Both the position numbers and the translations under genes were made by a program. This document shows positions 10,148-19,406 of a stretch of 64,000 nt of DNA, piece after piece. The notes below the pieces were generated by a model. The model saw only the letters and a program-made list of their open reading frames with translations, ran no database searches and was not told the origin of the DNA. Each line of letters begins with the position of its first letter. The stretch's first letter is position 1. Origin of the DNA: Polyangiaceae bacterium (GTDB taxonomy: Bacteria > Myxococcota_A > Polyangia > Polyangiales > Polyangiaceae); contig JAPSGB010000001.1 in the NCBI GenBank assembly GCA_035063585.1, forward strand, positions 120,179 through 184,178, given 5' to 3'.

Positions 10148-10157
10148 CGGGGAGCGG

Positions 10158-10166
10158 GACTATAGC
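10158..10166 (-). promoter_or_regulatory. Putative -10 element (GCTATAGTC) of the GT2-to-flippase operon
   Basis: TATAGT about 11 nt before the ATG; the same 9-mer lies upstream of hddC. Confidence 0.45.
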
Positions 10167-10269
10167 GGCTCACCCGGCCTCGCGAAAGCGAGCCCTCCAC
10201 ATCGCAGAGCCCGCGCTCCGGGGCGGCTCCGCGCGCGGCCGGCGGGTCGGGGCGCGCGGCGCCGGTTCG

Positions 10270-11256
10270 TCACTGCTTGCGGCCGTAGACCTCGATTTCG
10301 CTCGCCCACAGGTACGCGTGCTTCTTCTTCACCTGGAGCCGCACGTAGCGCGCCGGGACGCCATCCACCTTCGCGACCCACGGCTCCTTCTCGGTGAAGG
10401 TGGTGGTGCGCTCGGCGACCTCCGCCCACTTGCGGCCGTCGCTCGAGAGCGCGAGCGCGACCGGCAGGATCTCGTCGAAATATCCGTCACCCCGGTTCGA
10501 GACCACGATCTTGTCGATCTTGAACATTCCGCCGAGATCGATGCGGATGAAGGGCTCGTCGGCGAGGCTCGTGTGCGCGCCGAAGCGTCCATCCTTCAGG
10601 CCGTCCACCACGTGCGACGGATCGGGTGACGGGTTGTAGCGGCCGCTCACGGTGACCGGCTTGTGGAGCGCGAGGTTCGGCGCCCCGCGCGCGCCAGCGA
10701 TCACCGCGACCAAGAGCAGCGCGAGCGCCGCGGCGAGGCCGCCGATTCGCAGCCAGCGCTCGAGCGCGAGACGTCGGACGGACCGCGATTCGTACTTGCG
10801 ACCGACCCAGTCCGCGAGCGCTTCGGCCGACCCGCGGAGCGCGCGCGCCTCCGCCGGCTCCAGACGATCGAAGGAGAGCGGATCGGCGCGAAGGAGGCGT
10901 GCGCCCACCTCGGCGAGCGCCGCCGGCGGCTCGGTGAGCTCGCCCGACTCGCACCAGTCGGCGAGCCGTGCCCACGCCTCCTCGGGTGTGAGCGTCGCGT
11001 CCTCGTCGTGCCCGCCGCGCGCGACCACGAGCGCAGTCACCGAGCAGGCGATGCCCTCGCGGATCAGCGCGAGCGCCGACGACAGGCTCGCGTCCTCGCG
11101 GAGCTCGAGCGCCGCCGAGAGCCGCCGGCGCGCCGCCCGCGCGAGCTCCTCGATCCGCGCGCGCTGAGCGGGCGAGTACGCCTCGGCGCGTGCGCGGGCG
11201 GCCGACAAGAGGAGGGCCTCCTGGGCTCGGGCGACGACTCCGCGCGGCTCCGGCAT
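10270..11256 (-). CDS. Membrane-anchored protein with C-terminal discoidin / F5-8 type C domain
   Basis: TM helix then NLALHKP...IDLG...NRGD...ARYVRL...EIEVYG; ATG at 11256. Confidence 0.8.
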   Translation of the reverse strand: MPEPRGVVARAQEALLLSAARARAEAYSPAQRARIEELARAARRRLSAALELREDASLSSALALIREGIACSVTALVVARGGHDEDATLTPEEAWARLADWCESGELTEPPAALAEVGARLLRADPLSFDRLEPAEARALRGSAEALADWVGRKYESRSVRRLALERWLRIGGLAAALALLLVAVIAGARGAPNLALHKPVTVSGRYNPSPDPSHVVDGLKDGRFGAHTSLADEPFIRIDLGGMFKIDKIVVSNRGDGYFDEILPVALALSSDGRKWAEVAERTTTFTEKEPWVAKVDGVPARYVRLQVKKKHAYLWASEIEVYGRKQ

Positions 11257-11341
11257 GGCCTCGGCTTCATACCCTGCCTCGCGGCGGCGAGCGAGCGCGG
11301 CTTGCGGGCCCGGCGGAGAGCAAGTAACTCGTCGCCGAAGC

Positions 11342-13228
11342 ATGTCAGAGGGAGACGCCGGCGCTTCGGAACCGAGCCCTTCGCCTCGGCCGGCGAGCCG
11401 CGGGGCCCGGCTCCGAGCGTGGGCCAGGCGCGCGACGAGCGATCGCTGGCACCTGGGCGCGGTCGCGCTCGCGGTGATGACCATGCTCGGCGTGACGCTC
11501 GGCGTGCTGGCGCCGATGCTCGCGCGTTTCGACACCTACGGCTTCCATGACTGGGATTTCTCGAGCTCGGCCCGCTACATCACGGTGCTGAGCCTGAAGC
11601 GCTACCACGAGGCGCCCTTCTGGCAGCCCTGGCTCTGCGGCGGGTTCCCCTCCTGGGGCCACTACGAGAGCTCGACCAACCTCGTCTCGCCGTATCTCCC
11701 CGTCTATCTCTTGGCCGACCTCCGCACCGCGCTCCGCGTCGAGATCCTCGGCTCGGCGCTCACCGGGCTCGCCGGCAGCTACCTCTTCGCGCGAAGGTTC
11801 ACGAAGAGCGTCGCGCTCGCCACCTTCGTCGCCATCGTCTACACGCTGAACGGACGCTGGGCGCTGCAGACCGCCACCGGGCACACGTGGCACCTACAAT
11901 ACGGCTGGACGCCTTGGGTGTTCTGGTTCTTCGACCGGGGCGAGTCGACCGGAAATCACCTAGAGTTTGCCTACGCAGGCGCGGTACTCGCGCTCATGGT
12001 CTACCTCGGCGCGCTCTATCCGCTCCCGCAGACGGCGCTCGCGCTCGGGGTGTACGCGCTCCTGCTCGCGGTCGCGCGGCGGCGACTCCGACCCCTCATC
12101 GGCGTCGCCGTCGCCGGCGTGACCGCGGTCGGGCTCGGGGCGGCCAAGCTGTTCGCGGTGCTCGACGGCCTCGGGCGCGTGCCTCGGCTCATCGAGTCGA
12201 AGGAGGTCATCGGACTCCGCGAGCTCGTGGTGATGATGACCGAGCCGAAGCAGAGCTACTACACGCCGCGCCCCATCGCGGTGCCCGCCTATGGCTGGCA
12301 CGAGTGGGGGATTTACGTCGGCAGCTTCGCCTTCGCGTGCCTCATCGTCGGGCTCTTCAGCGCGCGCGGCGCGCGCGAGAACGCGCTGCGGTTCCTCGGG
12401 CTCTTGTTCCTCCTTCTCGGCTTCGGCGCCTTTCACGAGCACTCGCCCTGGGCCCTCCTGCACAAATTGCCCATTTTCGCCTCGCAGCACGTGCCCTCGC
12501 GCTTCCTCTTCCCGATGGTGCTCTTCCTCGGGATCGCGTTCGTGAGCTGGGCCTCGCGCTGGGTGGATCGCGCGATTTCGTCGCGCCGCTGGCTCGACGT
12601 CGCGCTCCTCGTGCCCGTCATCTGGGTCGGCGTGGACATCGCGACGGTGTCGAACAAGCCCATCTCGGAGGCCTTCTGGATGGAGCGGCCCGACCAGCTC
12701 CCGGAAGCGCCGCTCTTCGAGCAGCACCAGAAGGCCGCCGCACAATACAAGCGCCGCGACTGGGCGCCGCCCATCCTGCTCAGCATGTTCGCCAACAAGG
12801 GCGTCATCGAGTGCTACGGCATCGACCTCAACTTCAAGGCCATCGGCGCCATCGCCAAGGAGTCGCCCGACTTCAAGGGCAACGCCTACGTCGCGCAGGG
12901 CACCGGCACCGCCGAGGTCGTCGAGTGGTCGCCGAACCGCGCGACCGTGAAGCTCCACGACGCGAGCCCCGACGCGCTGGTCGTCTACAACATGAACTGG
13001 TTCCCGAGCTGGACTGCCAATGGCAAGCCCGCCCTCGACTACCAGCACGCGGTCGCCGCGCGGGTGCCTGCGGGCACCGACACGGTGGTCTTTCGCTACT
13101 TCCCGCGCACGCTGAAGTACTCGCTCCCGGTCACGCTGCTCACGCTCGGCGCGCTCGCCGCGATCATCGTGAGGCGCCGCCGCCGCGCGCGAGCGCGCTC
13201 GGGCACTGACGCCGGCATCACCGAGTGA
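11342..13228 (+). CDS. YfhO-like multi-TM protein (GT-C-like)
   Basis: PFWQPWLCGGFP early motif, about 12 TM helices, PSRF, NWFPSW and a terminal TM helix. Confidence 0.65.
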   Translation: MSEGDAGASEPSPSPRPASRGARLRAWARRATSDRWHLGAVALAVMTMLGVTLGVLAPMLARFDTYGFHDWDFSSSARYITVLSLKRYHEAPFWQPWLCGGFPSWGHYESSTNLVSPYLPVYLLADLRTALRVEILGSALTGLAGSYLFARRFTKSVALATFVAIVYTLNGRWALQTATGHTWHLQYGWTPWVFWFFDRGESTGNHLEFAYAGAVLALMVYLGALYPLPQTALALGVYALLLAVARRRLRPLIGVAVAGVTAVGLGAAKLFAVLDGLGRVPRLIESKEVIGLRELVVMMTEPKQSYYTPRPIAVPAYGWHEWGIYVGSFAFACLIVGLFSARGARENALRFLGLLFLLLGFGAFHEHSPWALLHKLPIFASQHVPSRFLFPMVLFLGIAFVSWASRWVDRAISSRRWLDVALLVPVIWVGVDIATVSNKPISEAFWMERPDQLPEAPLFEQHQKAAAQYKRRDWAPPILLSMFANKGVIECYGIDLNFKAIGAIAKESPDFKGNAYVAQGTGTAEVVEWSPNRATVKLHDASPDALVVYNMNWFPSWTANGKPALDYQHAVAARVPAGTDTVVFRYFPRTLKYSLPVTLLTLGALAAIIVRRRRRARARSGTDAGITE

Positions 13229-13242
13229 TGAATGAGGGAAAT

Positions 13243-13292
13243 GCCGGTTCGATGCGGAACCGGCGCGTCGCGCTGACGCGTGCGTCAGCGCG
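13243..13292. terminator. Two adjacent hairpins between convergent genes
   Basis: GCCGGTTC/GAACCGGC (13243-13264) and CGCGCTGACGC/GCGTCAGCGCG (13269-13292); no U-tract. Confidence 0.35.
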
Positions 13293-13379
13293 GAAACGAC
13301 GGCAACGGAGCGTGCGCTCGGCGCTCGCGGACGGGCCGGCGCGGCTGCGTGCGCTCATCGCGAGATGCCCGCGCGCTCC

Positions 13380-14975
13380 TCACCGACGTAGTCGAAACAC
13401 CTCGAGCCCCGCGCCGGCCCGGACGCGCTCGAGCCGGAACGGCCCGAGCGCGCGGCGCTCACCGCGGGCGATGGCGTCGAGCGTCCCGCGGCTCCCGGCG
13501 GTCGAGGCGTGCTCGCCGCGAAATACCAGCCACTCGACGCGGTAGCGCTCGAGGGCGGCAATCATCGCCGCCTCGCCGTTGCCGGGGATGGAAATCGCCG
13601 GGCTCCCGGTGAGCGCGATCACGTACCAGGGCCGATCGCTCGCGACGGCCTGCCCGGCGAAGGTGACGTCGAGCGCGCGGAGCGCGTCGAGCTCGGCGTG
13701 GTTCACCGCGCGCGGACGTTCGCTCCGGATGGGAACGCGCGCTATCACGAGCGCCGCGGCGAGCGCGAGCCCTGCGCCGCCCGCCCAGGCTCCCGCGCGC
13801 CCGAGGCGCGCGAGCGCGGGGCGGAGCCGCTCGACGACCGCGTCCGCGCCGTAGCCGCCGCCGAGCACGACGAGCGGTAGGAGCGGGTGGAGCGAGCGCC
13901 AGGGCACGAAGACCCCCGGCTCGCTCCAGAGGACGAGATAGAGGCACGCCGGCACCATCACCCAGACCAGGAGGACCACCGGCGCGCGCCCGCGCCGCAG
14001 CGCGCCGAGCCCGAGCAGGGAAGCCGCGAGCCACGGCTCGGGCCAGGGCACGAGCTCCGCGAAGCGGAGCCCCTGGAGCACCATCTGGGCGCGGATGCGG
14101 AGATAGTGCGCGCTCGTCAAGACCCGCACCTTCTCCCAGGAAACCTCGGGCGAGGCGCCGTACGCGTAGAGCTCCCGCGGGTCGAAGACGAAGAGCGCTC
14201 GCGCGGTCGCGCCGCCCGGCGAGCCGAAGGCCACGAGCCGGTAGCCGACGTACAGGCTCACCGCGCCGCCGGCCACGCCGAGCAGCCACCCCCAGGCCCG
14301 ACGGACACTTTCCGGGTGGCGGCGGCGAAGCGCGAGCGCGGCGGCCAGGGTGACGGCGACGAAGACGAAGACGCCGTCCGGGCGGGTCAGGAAGACCAGC
14401 GCGGAGAGGAGCACCGCGAGCGGGTAGCGCGCGCGCGCGAAGGCGAGGAGGGATCCGATGAGGAGCAGGTGATAGAGCGCGATGGTCTCGGTATCGAGGC
14501 GGTGGTTGAACACGCCCGGCGAGAACGCGAAGACCACCAGCGCGACCACGCGAACGACCGGACTCTTCAGCGGCGCGGCGCGCTCGACCAAATGGTGGAA
14601 CGCCACGACGGAAGCGGCGCTCACCGCCGCCATGAAGAGGAACGCGACGCGCTCGGTCGCGCCGAAGACGGCGAGCACGGGCGCCAGCACGAGCGAGAGT
14701 AGCCCGCCCCAGTAGTCGAAGGGCGGGTGGACGATGGCGGGAGGCGGCGAGAGATAGTGCCAGACGATGGGCTCGGCGAAATGGCCCGTCTCGGCCATGA
14801 AGCGAGCGACGCCGAAGTAGTACGCCGAGTCGTTCTGGAGGTTGTCGCGCGCGCCCGCGGCGACGATGAAATAGAGCAGGACGGCGGCGAGCGTGATCGC
14901 GGCCGAGAGCGCTCGCCACGCGCGCTCGGGGCTCGCGGCGGCCCGCGCGCGCTCGGCGGCCGACCCCTGGCTCAC
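13380..14975 (-). CDS. Multi-TM GT-C (ArnT/PMT-like) glycosyltransferase candidate
   Basis: DSAYY after TM1, TE and LTRPDG motifs; GTGA overlap with the hddA stop. Confidence 0.65.
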   Translation of the reverse strand: MSQGSAAERARAAASPERAWRALSAAITLAAVLLYFIVAAGARDNLQNDSAYYFGVARFMAETGHFAEPIVWHYLSPPPAIVHPPFDYWGGLLSLVLAPVLAVFGATERVAFLFMAAVSAASVVAFHHLVERAAPLKSPVVRVVALVVFAFSPGVFNHRLDTETIALYHLLLIGSLLAFARARYPLAVLLSALVFLTRPDGVFVFVAVTLAAALALRRRHPESVRRAWGWLLGVAGGAVSLYVGYRLVAFGSPGGATARALFVFDPRELYAYGASPEVSWEKVRVLTSAHYLRIRAQMVLQGLRFAELVPWPEPWLAASLLGLGALRRGRAPVVLLVWVMVPACLYLVLWSEPGVFVPWRSLHPLLPLVVLGGGYGADAVVERLRPALARLGRAGAWAGGAGLALAAALVIARVPIRSERPRAVNHAELDALRALDVTFAGQAVASDRPWYVIALTGSPAISIPGNGEAAMIAALERYRVEWLVFRGEHASTAGSRGTLDAIARGERRALGPFRLERVRAGAGLEVFRLRR

Positions 14976-15967
14976 GAGCGGTGGAGGTTCGCGACGATGC
15001 GCGCGCCGTCTTGATCGAAGCGGAAGCGGAGCGGCCGGAGGCCGCGAGCGACCAGCGCCTCGAACACGCGCCGCTTGTCCGCCGGCCGCACGTAGAACAT
15101 GAAAAACCCGCCGCCGCCCGCTCCCATGAGCTTGCCGCCGATGGCGCCGGCGCGCCGCGCCGCCTCGTAGTGCTCGTCGATGGTAGCGTCCGTCATCTTG
15201 CTGGCGAGCTCGCGCTTGCTCATCCAGTGCTCGTGAAGGAGCGCGCCGAACTCGTCCGTCTTTCCCGAGACGAGCAAGCGATAGACCTCGTGGCCGATCT
15301 CCTTGATACGCTTCATGCGCTCGAGGGTGCCCGCGTCCGCCTGCTTCACGCGCGCACCTTGCTCGGAGAGCACCAGCTTGGCAGGCCGCTCGATGCCCGA
15401 GTACATGATGACGAGGTTGTTCGCGAGCTCGTCGAGCACCTCGCCGCGGACCGGCACCGGTTCGACCTGCACGCGCCCGTCCTTCTCGAAGGTGAACGCG
15501 CTCACGTTGCCGAAGGCGGCGATGTACTGGTCTTGTTTTCCGATCGGCTCGCCGAGCCGCACCATCTCTATCTCGCACGCCTCCTCGGCGAGCTGCCGCG
15601 AGGAGACGAACTCCCGCTTGAAGGTGTGGAGCGCGTTGAGGAGCGCGACCGTGAAGCTGCTCGAGGAGCCGAGCCCGCTGTTGGCCGGCAGATCCGCGAT
15701 GCTTGCGAGCTCGATGGCGCCGGAGATCCCGGTCATGCGGAGCGCCTCGCGGAAGATGCGGTGTCGAATCGAGTCCACGTTCGGCACGATCTCCGTCTCG
15801 GAGTAGGCGAGGCGGATATCATCGTAAAACCGCTTGTTGGCGGTCACATAGACGTAGCTGTCGATGGCGGCGCTCACCACGAAGCCGCCGTGCTGCTGGT
15901 AGTAGCTCGGGAGATCCGTTCCGCCGCCGCCGAGGGTGAAGCGCACTGGCGCCCGAGAGATGATCAC
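14972..15967 (-). CDS. hddA: GHMP kinase, D-glycero-alpha-D-manno-heptose-7-phosphate kinase-like
   Basis: RAPVRFTLGGGGTD, SGLGSSS, GKQDQY and GGKLMGAGGGGF. Confidence 0.85.
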   Translation of the reverse strand: MIISRAPVRFTLGGGGTDLPSYYQQHGGFVVSAAIDSYVYVTANKRFYDDIRLAYSETEIVPNVDSIRHRIFREALRMTGISGAIELASIADLPANSGLGSSSSFTVALLNALHTFKREFVSSRQLAEEACEIEMVRLGEPIGKQDQYIAAFGNVSAFTFEKDGRVQVEPVPVRGEVLDELANNLVIMYSGIERPAKLVLSEQGARVKQADAGTLERMKRIKEIGHEVYRLLVSGKTDEFGALLHEHWMSKRELASKMTDATIDEHYEAARRAGAIGGKLMGAGGGGFFMFYVRPADKRRVFEALVARGLRPLRFRFDQDGARIVANLHRS

Positions 15968-16656
15968 GCGTTCTGCCTCAGGTGACGCTCGAGCTCGCGG
16001 CGACCGCTGGGCGAGCCAATTTCGTAGAACCTCTCACGGGCCCGGACCGCGCGCAAGCGTCCCTCCCGCGCGAGGCGCGACTGCACCTCCTCCAGGCCAC
16101 GGGGCTCACCCTCGGGGAGCTCGGCGATGACGCTCTTCCGGAGCGCGAGCGCGCCGTAGTCGACGAACTCGAGGCCGTTCCCGCGCTTGTCATAGCTGGT
16201 GACGCGGTCGCCCTCCACGGCCGTGTTGCTCACCTCCCAGCGGCCGTGGTTCCGGTAGACGCTCATGCTGCCGAGCGCGGCGTCGTGCGCGCGCAGATCG
16301 CGGAGCGGCGCGGCGTAGTCGAACGGCAGGTAGCTGTCGCCGTAGGTGACGAGGAAGGTGCCGTCGAGCTCGGCGAGCGCGCGGCGGAGCGCGCCGGCGG
16401 TACCGAGCAAGCGGGGCCCATCGAACGCGAAGCGCGCCGCGACGCCGAAGCGCGCTCCGTCGCCCACCGCGGCCTCGACCAGCTCGCCCAGGTGCCCGAC
16501 GCAAAAGAGCACGCGCTCGAACCCCGCGCTCCGGAGCCGCTCGAGCTGCCACTCGACGAACGGCCGCCCTGCCACCTCGAGCAGGATCTTTGGGACGACG
16601 AGCGTCTCGGGATGCATGCGAGTCCCGAGCCCGCCTGCCAAGATGACCGCCTGCAC
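15964..16656 (-). CDS. hddC: Sugar-1-phosphate nucleotidyltransferase, HddC-like
   Basis: ILAGGLGTR, LGTAGAL, YGDSY and FYEIGSP; coupled to hddA. Confidence 0.72.
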   Translation of the reverse strand: MQAVILAGGLGTRMHPETLVVPKILLEVAGRPFVEWQLERLRSAGFERVLFCVGHLGELVEAAVGDGARFGVAARFAFDGPRLLGTAGALRRALAELDGTFLVTYGDSYLPFDYAAPLRDLRAHDAALGSMSVYRNHGRWEVSNTAVEGDRVTSYDKRGNGLEFVDYGALALRKSVIAELPEGEPRGLEEVQSRLAREGRLRAVRARERFYEIGSPSGRRELERHLRQNA

Positions 16657-16678
16657 CGCTTGCCTCGCTCGCTGCCCC

Positions 16679-16687
16679 GACTATAGC
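16679..16687 (-). promoter_or_regulatory. Putative -10 element (GCTATAGTC) of hddC-hddA-GT-C
   Basis: Identical to the 9-mer at 10158-10166. Confidence 0.45.
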
Positions 16688-16806
16688 CTGACCCGACCGG
16701 GCGATCCCATGAAGCACCTCGACCACGAGCGCCGGGAGCGCGTCGCGCCCGCCACGCCGCGCCTACCGGCGCGCCCGCCCCCCGGATCGCCCGAGCCCGG
16801 GAGCTG

Positions 16807-17685
16807 ATGTCGGTCCGGCGCGGAATCATCGCGACGCTCGCGGTCGTCGCGATCGTGCTCGCGGTCGTCGGGCTCCGCCATGAGCGCGCGCGCGGCGAGG
16901 CCCCGGCGCCCGCCGCGGGTCCGCCGCGGATCGTCACGCTCTCTCCGGATCTCACCGCGACGCTGTACGCGATCGGCGCGGGCTCGCTCGTGGTCGCGGT
17001 CAGCGACTATTGCGTCACGCCGCCTGGCGCGACGCCACTTCCCCGCGTCGGCACGGCGCTCACCCCATCGTACGAGGCCATCGCGCGGCTCGCGCCGACG
17101 CTCATCCTCACCGCGGGGGGCTCGCGCACGCGCGAGCTCCAGGAGCTCGCGCCGACACGGCTCTTGCCGTGGCTCACCCTCGACCAAGTGACCGCGAGCA
17201 CGCGCGAGCTCGGGCGGCTCACGGGACACGAGCCCGAGGCGCGCGCGCTCGCCGAGCGGCTCGCCACCCGGCTCTCGGCTCAGCCGCCCGCGGGCGCGCC
17301 GCGCGTGCTGCTCGTGCTCGGCGGCTCGCCCGGGCAGCTCGACGACGTGTGGTTCGTGAAGGACGAGAGCCTGCACGGCGCGGCGCTCCGCGCGGCGGGC
17401 GGGAGGAACGCGGTCGCGCGCGCGAGCTCGGGGGCGCCACGGCTCTCGCTCACCCAGGTGCTCGAGCTCGATCCGGAGCAGATCATCGTCCTTACCACCA
17501 GCGCGAGCGCGGCGGACGCCGCGCTCTATCGTGAGAGCTGGCGAAAGCTCACGCCGCTCGCCGCCGTCGAGTCCGGTCGCATCGCGGTGGTGGGAGGGGC
17601 GGACGTCTTCGCGGACGGCCCGAGCATCCTCGAGCTGGTCACGCGGCTCGCGGGCGTCATCGCGAAGCTCAGGGGCGGCTCGTGA
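16807..17685 (+). CDS. ABC substrate-binding protein, helical-backbone (BtuF/iron-complex) family
   Basis: RIVTLSP...LYAIGAG...VAVSDYC, LDPEQII and DGPS. Confidence 0.85.
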   Translation: MSVRRGIIATLAVVAIVLAVVGLRHERARGEAPAPAAGPPRIVTLSPDLTATLYAIGAGSLVVAVSDYCVTPPGATPLPRVGTALTPSYEAIARLAPTLILTAGGSRTRELQELAPTRLLPWLTLDQVTASTRELGRLTGHEPEARALAERLATRLSAQPPAGAPRVLLVLGGSPGQLDDVWFVKDESLHGAALRAAGGRNAVARASSGAPRLSLTQVLELDPEQIIVLTTSASAADAALYRESWRKLTPLAAVESGRIAVVGGADVFADGPSILELVTRLAGVIAKLRGGS

Positions 17686-18461
17686 GCGAGCTCCGGCTCG
17701 AGGACGTGATCGTCGAGGCCCGCGGGCAGCGGCTCATCGACGGCGTGACGCTGAGCCTGGCGCGCGGCGCGCTGATCGCCCTGGTCGGCCCGAACGGCGC
17801 CGGCAAGACCACGCTGCTCCGCGCCGCGCTCGGGCTCGTGCGGCCCCGCGGGGGCCACGTCACGATCGACGGCGAGGAGCTCGCCCGGCTCTCCGCGCGC
17901 GAGCGCGCGGCGCGGCTCTCGTGGCTCCCGCAGCACGTGTTCGTCACCGAGGCGATCCCGGCGCTCGAGCTGGTGGCGGCGGCGCGCTACCGCTTCCGCG
18001 AGGGGCGGCGGCGCTCGCTCGAAGCAGCGCGCGCGGCGCTCGAGCGGGTGGGCGCGGCCGCGCTCGGTCCGCGCATCGTCCAGGAGCTGAGCGGCGGCGA
18101 GCGGCAGCGGGTCGCGCTCGCCGGCGCGCTGGCGCAGGAGACGCCCTTCGTCCTGCTCGACGAGCCCGCGAACCACCTCGACCCCGCGCAGCAGCTTGAG
18201 GTGTACGAGCTCATCGGCGCGCTCTGGCAAAGTGGGCTCGGCGTCCTCTTGGTGACGCACGACGTGAACCTCCTCGCGCAGCTCGGCGACGCCGCGCGCG
18301 TCACCGTGGTCGGGCTCGCCGCCGGCCGCACCCGATTCACGCTCAGCTACGACGATGCCAAGCTCTTTGACGAGCTCGGCGCGCTCTTCGGGCTCGAGCT
18401 CTCGGTGGTCACGCTGGGCGATCGACGCGTGGCTGTCGCCGCGCGGAGCGTGCGCTCATGA
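17682..18461 (+). CDS. ABC ATP-binding protein (BtuD/FepC-like)
   Basis: GPNGAGKT, LSGGE, LLDEP and THD. Confidence 0.92.
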   Translation: MSELRLEDVIVEARGQRLIDGVTLSLARGALIALVGPNGAGKTTLLRAALGLVRPRGGHVTIDGEELARLSARERAARLSWLPQHVFVTEAIPALELVAAARYRFREGRRRSLEAARAALERVGAAALGPRIVQELSGGERQRVALAGALAQETPFVLLDEPANHLDPAQQLEVYELIGALWQSGLGVLLVTHDVNLLAQLGDAARVTVVGLAAGRTRFTLSYDDAKLFDELGALFGLELSVVTLGDRRVAVAARSVRS

Positions 18462-19399
18462 CCCGACGCGGCGTGCTGCTCGTACTGGCGAGCGTCGCGG
18501 TGCTCTGCGGCGCGGCGCTCGTCGGCCCCTCGCTCGACGGCCCGCGCGGCGCGTTCATCTTCTGGAGCCTGCGGGTGCCGCGGGTCCTGGTCGGCGCGCT
18601 CGTGGGCGGCACCCTCGGCCTCACCGGCGCGGTCTTCCAGGCCATCTTCGTGAACCCGCTGGCGACCCCGAGCACGGTCGGCACCACGGCCGGCGCGACG
18701 CTCGGCGCGCTCGCGGCGCTGGTGCTCGGCGCGTCGGCGGTCGGCGGGCTCCCGGTGGTGGTGGCGGCCGCGTTCGCCGGCGCGCTCGCCGCGAGCGCGG
18801 TCGTGTCGGTGGTCGCCGCGCGCGGCAGCGCGCGCATCCACGACGTGCTCCTGGTCGGCATCGCGGTCACGCTCGCGGCGGGCGCGCTCTCGACCGGGCT
18901 CCAGTACACCGCCGACATGAGCGCGCTCTTCGCGAGCGCACAGTGGTCGCTCGGGCACCTCCCGCAGGTCGGCTACCGCGGGGTGCTCTTGATGGCGCCC
19001 TTCGTCGTGATCTCCACGGGCACGCTCCTCTCGCTCGCGCGCGAGCTGGCCGCGCTGGTCGCCGGCGAGGAGCTCGCGCAGGCGCAGGGGGTCGACGTGC
19101 GTCGCACGCGCACGCTCGCGCTCGGCCTCGGCTCGCTCGGGGTCGCCGCATGCGTGGCCTGGTGCGGGCCCATCGCGTTCGTGGGCCTGCTCGTGCCGCA
19201 CCTGGTTCGGCTGCTGGTGGGCGCCACCGAGCGGGTGCTGCTCCCGCTCTCGCTGGTAGTCGGCGCGGCGTTCCTCGTCGGTTGCGACGCGCTCGCGCGC
19301 GTCGCGCTGCCGGGTCGCGATCTGCCGGTGGGGGTGGTGACGGCCGCCCTCGGCGCGCCCGCGCTGATCGTGCTCATCGCGCGGGCGCGGAGGACGTGA
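18458..19399 (+). CDS. FecCD/BtuC family permease
   Basis: LRVPR, NPLATP, GPIAFVGLLVPH and LPVGVVTAALGAP. Confidence 0.92.
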   Translation: MTRRGVLLVLASVAVLCGAALVGPSLDGPRGAFIFWSLRVPRVLVGALVGGTLGLTGAVFQAIFVNPLATPSTVGTTAGATLGALAALVLGASAVGGLPVVVAAAFAGALAASAVVSVVAARGSARIHDVLLVGIAVTLAAGALSTGLQYTADMSALFASAQWSLGHLPQVGYRGVLLMAPFVVISTGTLLSLARELAALVAGEELAQAQGVDVRRTRTLALGLGSLGVAACVAWCGPIAFVGLLVPHLVRLLVGATERVLLPLSLVVGAAFLVGCDALARVALPGRDLPVGVVTAALGAPALIVLIARARRT

Positions 19400-19406
19400 G
19401 CGCGGG

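Noticed and set aside
16657..16806. Cobalamin riboswitch upstream of the BtuF-like operon
   Set aside because: No B12-box or GCCACTG-type conserved elements are visible, and the space is short and shared with a divergent promoter.
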